Below, piece by piece: positions 54,463 through 63,000 of a DNA stretch of 64,000 nt (positions within the stretch are counted from its first letter, which is position 1; each line of letters opens with the position of its first letter). The DNA comes from Clostridia bacterium (GTDB lineage Bacteria > Bacillota > Clostridia > Oscillospirales > CAG-272), in contig JAFWXZ010000011.1 of assembly GCA_017522795.1 (NCBI GenBank), forward strand, positions 7,131-71,130, in the 5' to 3' direction. A model generated the notes under the pieces. The model was not told where the DNA came from. It worked only from the letters and a program-made list of their open reading frames with translations, and ran no database searches. The position numbers were made by a program, and so were the translations under genes.

Positions 54463-54483
54463 GTTTGTTATTTTCTTTTTTGT

Positions 54484-55848
54484 TTATTTGGTCAGAGCGA
54501 CGCTTGCTCTTTCGTAGTGGCAGCTTTCCGCCTTTACGGTAAGCTCGATGCCTACAGCATCGTCGGGGGGATAGATGGTCGAGGTCAAGGCTCTGCCGTC
54601 CTCAAAGATCTCCACTGAAAAATCGTCCATAACGATAGTCAGGGTGACCTCCCTGTTGCCCGAGAAGGGCATACGGCGGATGCCATTCAAGGAGTCGGGA
54701 TCCTTTTCAACACCTCGGATCTCCTCGCCCGATTTAGAGCGATCGAACACCCACTCTCCGTTCTTTAAGGTAAGAGATGTGTAGTTCGTGCCGTCAGAGC
54801 GCATTCTGATATCAAGTGCCTCAAGCTCGGTAGCCTTCACGGTGATAACGCCAACCTTGGCTTTATCCTCAAATCCTTCGCCCACGGTTGCCTTATATAC
54901 ATCACCGCAGCTGACGATAGGCTCCTGGCAGAGTCTGCCGTCCTTTACAGAGATGCTTCTCGCCGCGGTCAGCATACCTGCAAAGCCGTATTTTTCAGAG
55001 GGGACGGTTCTGTCCCACATATTGAGCCAGCCCATCATTACAGAGGGCTTGCTTCTGAAGGTCTGGGGGGCGTAGACGTCAAAGCCCCAGTCAACTATTC
55101 CGCGGGATTGCTCGTTAAAGAGGCCTGTGGAATAATCGATCCTGCCCACTGCCCAGCGGCAGGTATGTATATTGAGATGCGCCCCGTTTTCGCTGGGCTG
55201 GAACTGCTCGCAGAAGAACAGAACTCCAAGCTCCTCGTTATAATCGGGACACTCTATCATAGAGCCTGCAGAATCTGCGCCGAAGATATCGTTTACGAAC
55301 TCCCAGTTAAACAGATCGGCTGATCTATATAAGAGAATTCTGCCCCTGCCCTCAATCTTTCTCGCCGCGACAACACACCAGAAGCTTCCGTCATAGCGCC
55401 AGATCTTAGGATCACGGAAATCGCAGGGTGCATATCCCTCGGGCAAAAGCTCCTCTCCAATGACTATACCGTGCTTTTTAAAGGTTATGCCATCAGAGCT
55501 TTCTGCCAGACACTGAACCTGCCTTATGGATTCGCCGCCCTGATTCTCTATAAAACCGGTGTACATAAGCCAAAGCTTGTCGCCGTGAACGATAGCGCTG
55601 CCCGAAAAGCAGCCATTTTTATCAAAATCGTCACCGGGCGTAAGCGCAATAGGCAGATATTTCCAGTTAGTAAGATCATCGCTGACAACGTGTCCCCAAT
55701 GCATTGGGCCCCACTTCGTATCATAGGGATGATGCTGGTAAAACGCGTGATATTGACCGTTATAGAATATCAAACCGTTAGGATCGTTTATCCAACCGCT
55801 CTCTCCCGTTATGTGGAAAGCAGGCTCTTTTATTTTGGTAATTGCCAT
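54484..55848 (-). CDS. Glycoside hydrolase family 32 (beta-fructofuranosidase / sucrose-6-phosphate hydrolase-like), cytoplasmic
   Basis: 454 aa. The GH32 catalytic motifs are WINDPNG, FRDPK (RDP) and MIECPD (EC). There is no signal peptide. Confidence 0.9.
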   Translation of the reverse strand: MAITKIKEPAFHITGESGWINDPNGLIFYNGQYHAFYQHHPYDTKWGPMHWGHVVSDDLTNWKYLPIALTPGDDFDKNGCFSGSAIVHGDKLWLMYTGFIENQGGESIRQVQCLAESSDGITFKKHGIVIGEELLPEGYAPCDFRDPKIWRYDGSFWCVVAARKIEGRGRILLYRSADLFNWEFVNDIFGADSAGSMIECPDYNEELGVLFFCEQFQPSENGAHLNIHTCRWAVGRIDYSTGLFNEQSRGIVDWGFDVYAPQTFRSKPSVMMGWLNMWDRTVPSEKYGFAGMLTAARSISVKDGRLCQEPIVSCGDVYKATVGEGFEDKAKVGVITVKATELEALDIRMRSDGTNYTSLTLKNGEWVFDRSKSGEEIRGVEKDPDSLNGIRRMPFSGNREVTLTIVMDDFSVEIFEDGRALTSTIYPPDDAVGIELTVKAESCHYERASVALTK

Positions 55849-55931
55849 AATTTGTCTCCGCTTTTTTGTCTCCCCCGCCCCGCAGAGCGGGGGAGCACTA
55901 CTCGTTTAATTAGTTAAATATGATCGGCAGA

Positions 55932-58900
55932 TTACTGAATTGCTGCCATAAAGCCCTCGGGCGCGGACTCAAGATTTACTCTGAAGTCATCAACCACGAA
56001 GCAACCGTAATCGGCTGTGGAATTGTCAACAACTCTGAAGAAGCAATCAACCTCTGCGCCGTTATACTGATAATAGTAGGCGTTCATCTTGGTGTTGACC
56101 TTACCCTCGGCGTCGTTATAGAATCTCGCGATAACAGATCCGTCTGCCCTGCAAAGCTCAACGAATACGTCGTGGTTAGAGCCACCGCCCGCGCCGCCAA
56201 ATCTGAAGGCTACGAAAGCGCCCTGCTTTAAGCTGAAGGTAGAGCTTTCAAGCGTACCCTTGCTGCTCTCGCAGTTGATGTCGCCGGGCTGTGCAAAGGT
56301 AAAGAGGAACTTGCCGTCCTTGGTCTCATCGTTCTTTGCGTACCAGTCGGCGTCGATCTCGGTCTCAAGAACCCAACCGAGAGTATTCTGAGTGCCTGCC
56401 TCGGTAATATTCATAGTCCAGCCGTCAGCGTTTCCGCTCTCGAAGCTGCCGTTATCAATAGTGTATTTAAGGTTTGCCTTGATGTCCTCGGCGAGAGTGC
56501 CCTCGGGCTTGCTCTCGTGATAGGTGTCGAGGTTATCGAAGGATACGCAGCCCCAATCTCTCTCCGCATAGTCAACAACCTGGACTCTCAGGGTTCTTCC
56601 AATATATGCGCTGAGATCTGCAACGTATTTTACAAGAACGGCATCGTTCATTGCCTGCTGATGATATCTGGCAAGAAGCTCGCCTGTGGTGGCGTCGATC
56701 ACCTGAACGTAGCAGAGGGCGTTTCCGCCGCCGCCAAGCATAAAGGAGATGTAGCCTGTGCCGCCAAGCTCAAATGCCGAGCTGGTAAGCACGCCGCGGT
56801 TGCCCTCTCTGCCGTTGCCAAGCTTGACAAGGTTGCCCTCTTCATCAAGAGTTGCATCCTCAACACCGCTGTAAAGAAAGTCACCGTCCTTGCCGTAATC
56901 AGCGCCGCTGAAGAACTTATCAGCGCCTGTGACAGCACCGGGCTGACCGTCATTCCACCAGCCCTGAACGTCGCCCATCTCAAAGCCGCCGTTGAATACG
57001 TCGTAGATGGTCTCGGGAAGAGTATACTCGGGAGATACCGCGTTATTGAAGCCCTCGGGCTCGCTCTCGTAGTAGGTAATGAAGCTGTCAACGAAGAAGA
57101 GGCCGTAGCCGCTGTCTGCGTTATCGCTGATGCGGAAGAATACCTCCTTGCCAGCGAATGCGGAGAGGTCTGCCTTGTAGGCGATAAGAGTACAGCCGCT
57201 CTTTACGTCATTTGTGCGATCTGCCCAAAGTCCGTTGTAGTAGCGGGCAAGGATCTTGCCTGTGCCTTTCTCAACTACGTCAACGTAAACGTAGTTTGCG
57301 TCCTTTGCCGCGCCAAGCTTGAAGGTGACAAAGCCCGAGCCGCCAACCTTGAAGCTTGCGGAGGTGAGAGTACCAACGTTCTTCTCAAGATCGGGAGAAG
57401 CGTATGCGGAGAACATCTTGTCGCCGTCCATACCGAACTCAAAGCCCTCGGGAACCTCGGGATCGTTTACCCAATAGTGTGTATCCGAGCTTACGCCACC
57501 GATATTGCCAACCTGAGTCCAGCCGTCCATGCCATTCTCAAAGCCGCCGTTTTCAAGTCTGTTTTCGATGGTATCCTTAAGACCAAGCTTATAGGTATAG
57601 GAAACAGACCTTGCATTTCCGTCTACAGTATAGGAAACGGTGACGGTAAGAGTTTCATAGGTCACCTTATCGGTATAGCTACCGAGGGTGACGGTGTAAA
57701 GAGAGCCCTCGGTAGCCCTGCCGTTTACCGAATAGGTAAGAGCAAGCTTGCCGGGATTCTCAACATTTTCGGAAAGGTCGAGAGCAAGGCTGCCCTTGTT
57801 CTCAAGGTCGTAGAGGTCAAAGATCTTGCTGACCTCCTCGGTCTTAACGGAGGGAGTCTGATCGTCGGTGACCTGAACCGAAAGCTCTACGGTAAGCTTA
57901 TCCACGCCGCCGTGGGAAACAGTGATAGTCACCTTTACAGTGGTGGCCTCGCTTACATCGCCCGCGGTAATGGTGAACTTGCCTTCAACGATCTCGCTGA
58001 GGGTGACAGCAGTGCTGCTCGCCGCAAGCTTATAGCTGATGCCGCTGAGGCCGTTTACGTTTACATAATCCGAAAGGGTGATCTCCTTATCGTTGCCTGC
58101 GGTAAGCTTGAACTCACGATCTGCGCCCTCGATCTCCTCAACAGGTCTTACAGCAAGTGCAAGGCGCGCCTCGGTAAGAGCCGCAAGGGCCGCATCAACA
58201 GCCTCCTGAGAGGCGGTAAGCTGGCCTGCAACCTCCTTCGCCGCATTAAGCTTTGCAAGGTATGCGTTATAGGACTCCTCGGTGAAGTCGCCCTGCTCTG
58301 CTACCTCAAGTGCAAGCTCTGCGCGAAGAGCGGTCTTGTTTGCGAGAAGGTTCTCTGCGAGGGTTGCGCCCTCGGGAAGCTCATCCTCGGATGCATAGTA
58401 GGTGATAAGCTCGTCGAAGAATACAACGCCCCATCCCTCAGATGCATAGTCGTGGATAACGAATCTTACCTCCTTGCCCTCAAGGCCCGAAAGGTCTACC
58501 TTATAGGTGACGAGGTTTGCAAGGAATACGCTCTTGCCAAGAAGCTCGCGCTGTGCCGCAAAGTCGGTCACATCTGCGGGGATGTCAGCAAACTTTGTAT
58601 TACGGTAAAGTGCAAGCATCTCGCCGTCCTTATTTTCAATAGTGATATATACGCCCGGGTGTCCTGCGCCGCCAAGCATGTAAGTAGCATACTTACTGTT
58701 TACGGTGAAGTAGGAGGATGCAAGAGTACCCTGCGAGCCCTCGGATGCGCCGTCTGCGTAAGAGGAGAAGTACTTACCTACGTTGAACATGGGGAAGTTC
58801 TGGGCGTCAGGCCAGAAATGAGTCTTCTCATCAATGCCTGCGAAGGGAGCCTCGCCAAGTGTATTGTTGAATTCCCAGCCCTCAAGGCCGTTCTCAAAGC

Positions 58901-59885
58901 TGCCGTTTACAACGCTGTACTTGCCTGTGTCGCGAACGCCAAGCTTATAGGTGTATACGAGAGTCTTAGGCTCGCCGTTTACACTGAAGGAAACGGTCAC
59001 GTCAAAGCTTACGTACACTGTCTCAACGGTATAGCTACCGAGAGCGTAGGTGTAATTTGCGCCGTCAAGAGTAAGCTGCTCGTCGCCAAGCTTTGCGGAA
59101 TAGGTAAGAGGAAGTCCTCCGATATTATTTACGTTCTCGGCGAAGTTAAGCACCACGCTCTCCTTGTTTACAAGGGTAGCAAGGTCTATTTCCTTTACAA
59201 GCTCCTCACTCTCAAGAATGGGAGCTACATCATTGGTCACCTTAACGGTAAGCTCAAGAGAGAGCTTTGCTACGTTATCGTAGTAAACGTTGATGGAAAC
59301 CTTTGCGGTAGCCTCTCCTACAACCTCGCCTGCGGTGATGGTGAACTTGCCGTCAGCGATATCGCTGAGAGTGATAATCTCACTGCCAGACATAAGCTTG
59401 TAGGTGATCTTGCTGAGGCCGTTTGTGTTAACGTAATCGGAGAGAGTGATCTCCTTTGCGCCGCCGGAGATGATCTTAAACTCCTTGCTTGCGCCCCCAA
59501 CAGCCTCAACGGGTCTTTCGGTAAGAGCCTCGCGGGCGTTTTTAAGCGCTACAGCGGCGGTGTCAACCTTTACCTGAGTAGCATTCTCGTCAGCCGCGAT
59601 AGTCTTCGCCTCGTTAAGCTTTGCCTTATATGCGTTGAAGGAGTCGGTAGTAAAATCGCCCTGCTCCTTTACCTCCAATGCGATCTCCGCATTGAGAGCA
59701 GTCTTATCTACTACGACCTCATCATCATTGCCGTCGTCGATGATATTATCGTTATCGTTGTCGTTATCGTTAACGTCGCCGCCGCCTATGATCTTGTCGA
59801 TAAGCTCACAGCCGATAGCCGAGGTAGCGAAGATAAAGACGATCAGGATAGCGATTATACCCTTTAATATTAATGATTTTTTCAT
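55932..59885 (-). CDS. Giant surface lipoprotein (1317 aa): two FIVAR-like three-helix segments, Ig-like segments and four CBM66/LamG-like beta-sandwich modules
   Basis: Lipobox ATSAIGC, followed by a D/N-rich linker. FIVAR-like helices include LNAEIALEVKEQGDFTTDSFNAYKAKLNEAK...NATQVKVDTAAVALKNAREAL. Four modules begin NG[GS]FE.G...GW and contain G.L.S..F.[LV]..[GS]..[FIY]..F.LGG... and a terminal VVD.....[WY]G...[FV]D. Confidence 0.8.
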   Translation of the reverse strand: MKKSLILKGIIAILIVFIFATSAIGCELIDKIIGGGDVNDNDNDNDNIIDDGNDDEVVVDKTALNAEIALEVKEQGDFTTDSFNAYKAKLNEAKTIAADENATQVKVDTAAVALKNAREALTERPVEAVGGASKEFKIISGGAKEITLSDYVNTNGLSKITYKLMSGSEIITLSDIADGKFTITAGEVVGEATAKVSINVYYDNVAKLSLELTVKVTNDVAPILESEELVKEIDLATLVNKESVVLNFAENVNNIGGLPLTYSAKLGDEQLTLDGANYTYALGSYTVETVYVSFDVTVSFSVNGEPKTLVYTYKLGVRDTGKYSVVNGSFENGLEGWEFNNTLGEAPFAGIDEKTHFWPDAQNFPMFNVGKYFSSYADGASEGSQGTLASSYFTVNSKYATYMLGGAGHPGVYITIENKDGEMLALYRNTKFADIPADVTDFAAQRELLGKSVFLANLVTYKVDLSGLEGKEVRFVIHDYASEGWGVVFFDELITYYASEDELPEGATLAENLLANKTALRAELALEVAEQGDFTEESYNAYLAKLNAAKEVAGQLTASQEAVDAALAALTEARLALAVRPVEEIEGADREFKLTAGNDKEITLSDYVNVNGLSGISYKLAASSTAVTLSEIVEGKFTITAGDVSEATTVKVTITVSHGGVDKLTVELSVQVTDDQTPSVKTEEVSKIFDLYDLENKGSLALDLSENVENPGKLALTYSVNGRATEGSLYTVTLGSYTDKVTYETLTVTVSYTVDGNARSVSYTYKLGLKDTIENRLENGGFENGMDGWTQVGNIGGVSSDTHYWVNDPEVPEGFEFGMDGDKMFSAYASPDLEKNVGTLTSASFKVGGSGFVTFKLGAAKDANYVYVDVVEKGTGKILARYYNGLWADRTNDVKSGCTLIAYKADLSAFAGKEVFFRISDNADSGYGLFFVDSFITYYESEPEGFNNAVSPEYTLPETIYDVFNGGFEMGDVQGWWNDGQPGAVTGADKFFSGADYGKDGDFLYSGVEDATLDEEGNLVKLGNGREGNRGVLTSSAFELGGTGYISFMLGGGGNALCYVQVIDATTGELLARYHQQAMNDAVLVKYVADLSAYIGRTLRVQVVDYAERDWGCVSFDNLDTYHESKPEGTLAEDIKANLKYTIDNGSFESGNADGWTMNITEAGTQNTLGWVLETEIDADWYAKNDETKDGKFLFTFAQPGDINCESSKGTLESSTFSLKQGAFVAFRFGGAGGGSNHDVFVELCRADGSVIARFYNDAEGKVNTKMNAYYYQYNGAEVDCFFRVVDNSTADYGCFVVDDFRVNLESAPEGFMAAIQ

Positions 59886-60012
59886 TATATCTGTCCCTTA
59901 ATTTGTTTTTTAGAGTCGATAATGTTTTGTTTTCGTAAGTTTTTTTCTTGCTCCCTCACCGCAATGGGTGAGGGAGCGGTTTTAGTTGATCAAATTAATT
60001 TTGCCTGAAAAT

Positions 60013-63000
60013 TTACTGAATTGCTGCGATAAATCCCTCGGGGGCAGACTCAAGATTTGCTCTGAAGTCGTCAACTACGAAGCAGCCGTAGTCGCCTGTG
60101 GAGTTATCTACTACTCTGAAGAAGCAGTCTGCTTCCTCACCGGTATACTGATAATAGTAAGCATTCATTCTTGTATTTACCTTACCATCGGCATCGTTAA
60201 AGAAGGTTGCGATTACGGTGCCGTCAGCCTTCACAAGCTGAATATATACGTCGTGGTTCTGAGCGCCTCCTGCGCCGCCAAATCTGAAGGATACGTAGGC
60301 GTTCTGCTTTAAGGTGAATACATCGCTGCTTAAAGTACCCTTACTGTTTTCACAGTTGGTACCGTCAGGTCTGCAGAAGGTAAAGATATTGCTACCATCC
60401 TTATTGTCATCATTCTTGGTATACCAGCCCGCATCATGCTCGGAGCTTTCAACCCAACCGAGAGTATTCTGAGCGCCTGCTTCGGTAATGTTCATATTCC
60501 AGCTGTTTAATCCGTTTTCAAAGCTGCCGTTTACGATTTCATACTTAACGTCAACCGCGTCAATGAAGCCCTCAGGCTTGCTTGCATAGTAGGTCACAAC
60601 GTTATCGAAGGAGATGCAGCCCCAATCAAACGTTGCGTTATCAACAACCTGAATTCTGACGGTTCTGCCAACGTATGCGGAAAGGTCTGCAACATAGGAC
60701 TTAAGAACTGCGTCCTCTCTTGCCTGCTGACGATATCTTGCAAGGATTTCGCCTGTGGTAGAATCAATTATCTGAACGTAGCAAGAATTATTACCGCCGC
60801 CGAGCATATAGGTGATGTAGCCGCTACCGCCAATCTGGAATACAGAGCTGGTGAGAGTGCCCTTGTTGCCCTCTCTGCCGTTGCCTGCGCCGTGGTCCTC
60901 AACACCGCTGTAAAGGAAGCCTCCGTCCTTGCCATATGCAACGCCGCTGAAGAATGCATCTGCGCCTGTTACTGCGCCTGCATTTCCAACGTTCCACCAG
61001 CCGAGGTCGTTGCCCATCTCAAAGCCGCCGTTGAACAGGTCGTAAATTGTAGCGGGAAGCTCGTAGCTTACGGGAGTTGCCGCGTTGAAGCCATCGGGCT
61101 CGCTCTCATAATAAGTAATGAAGCTATCTGCGAAGAAGAGGCCGTAGTAGCTGTCTGCGTTATCGCTGATGCGGAAGAATACTTCCTTGCCTGCGAAGGC
61201 GGAGAGGTCTGCCTTATATGCAACAAGCTTACAGCCGCTGGAATTTTCTTCCGTCCACAAGCCATTGTAATAGCGGGCAAGAATCTTGCCTGTGCCTGCC
61301 TCAACTACGTCAACGTATACGTAGTTCTGGTCTCTCATTGCGCCAACCTTGAAGGTGACAAATCCGCTACCGCCAACAATGAAGCTGGAGGAGGTGAGAG
61401 TACCAACGTTCTTCTCAAACATATCGGAGGGCTCGTATGCGGAGAACATCTTGTCGCCATCCATACCAAATTCATTGGTTTCCCAATAATATTTGTTAGA
61501 GCCTACGTTACCGATCTGACCTACCTGAGTCCAGCCCTCAAGACCGTTCTCAAAGCCGCCGTTTACAAGTCTGTAATCGGTGGAATCCTTGATGCTGAGG
61601 CTGTAGGTGTAGGAAATAGTGCCTGTCTTGCCGTTTGCAGTATAGGAAACGGTGACGGTGAGGCTGTCGTTAACAGCCACGTCATTGTAGCTGCCGCCTG
61701 CGGTATAGGTGTAATTGGAGCCGTTGATTGCAGCACCGTTTACGGAGTAGGTAAGAGGAAGGTTGCCTGCGTTATCTACGTTCTCGGAAAGGTCAAGAGT
61801 GAAGCTGGTGCCGTCATTGTAGACGTCAAAGCTCTTTTCAATAGTCTCGCCCTTTACGGTAGGTGCTACGTCGTTAGTAACCTTTACGGAAAGAACAACG
61901 GTAAGCTTTGTCTCGCCGTTATACTTAACGGTAATGGATACGTTAACGTCGGTTGCAGCATTTACCTTTGCTGCGGTAATGGTGAACTTGCCGTCTGCAA
62001 TGCTGCTGAGTGTTACAGCCGCGTTGTTCGCGCTTACCTCGTAGGTAATGTTGCTAAGATTATTTGTGTTGATATAGTCGGAAAGTGTAATTTCCTTATT
62101 GTTTCCTGAAATGAGGTTGAAGGACTTGTTTGCGTCTGCAACTTCCTCAACCGCTCTCAAGGTAAGACCAGCGCGAGCATCGGTAAGCGCGCTTACGGAT
62201 GCGTCAAGGTCTGCCTGATTAATTCTGTTGTTAAGATAGTTATTCTTTACAGCATTAAGCTTTTCTACGTAATTATTATAAGAATCAGCAGTGTAATCGC
62301 CCTGCTCGGTCACCTCATCGTTCTGAAGCTCTGCTTTGAGGCCAGCGAGAAGGTCGGTTGCATCCATGAAGCCATCGGGCTTGCTTGCATAGTAGGTGAC
62401 AACGTTATCGAAGGATACGCAGCCCCAGTCGCTGGATGCGTTATCAACAACCTGAATTCTGACGGTTCTGCCAATATATGCGGAAAGGTCTGCAACGTAG
62501 GACTTGAGAACTGCATCCTCTCTTGCCTGCTGCTTGTATCTTGCGAGCATTTCGCCGGTAACTGCGTCGATTACCTGAACGTAGCAGTAATCGTTACCGC
62601 CGCCGAGCATATAGGTGATATAGCCCGAGCCGCCAAGCTGGAATACCGAGCTGGTGAGAGTGCCCTGATTGCCCTCTCTGCCGTTGCCTGCGCCGTGGTC
62701 CTCAACACCGCTGTAAAGGAAGCCTCCGTCCTTGCCGTATGCAACGCCGCTGAAGAATGCATCTGCGCCTGTTACTGCGCCTGCATCTCCAACGTTCCAC
62801 CAACCTGCAAGACCGCCCATTTCAAAGCCGCCGTTGAACAGGTCGTAGATTGTAGCGGGAAGCTGGTAATTTACGTGAGCTGCCTCATTGAAGCCCTCGG
62901 GCTCGTTCTCATAGTAAGTAACGAAGCTGTCCGCGAAGAAGAGGCCGTAGCCGCTGTCCGCGTTATCGCTGATGCGGAAGTATACTTCCTTGCCTCTGAA

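Noticed and set aside
56517-59867. 1116-aa plus-strand ORF in the track, the longest plus-strand ORF in this region
   Set aside because: It is the antisense shadow of the 1317-aa minus-strand gene. Its product is monotonous (A/V/G/L/K/C-rich), with no SD, signal or recognisable motif. The minus frame has a lipobox, FIVAR-like helices and repeated CBM-like modules. The same reasoning rejects 60892..62109(+) and 62695..63060(+).
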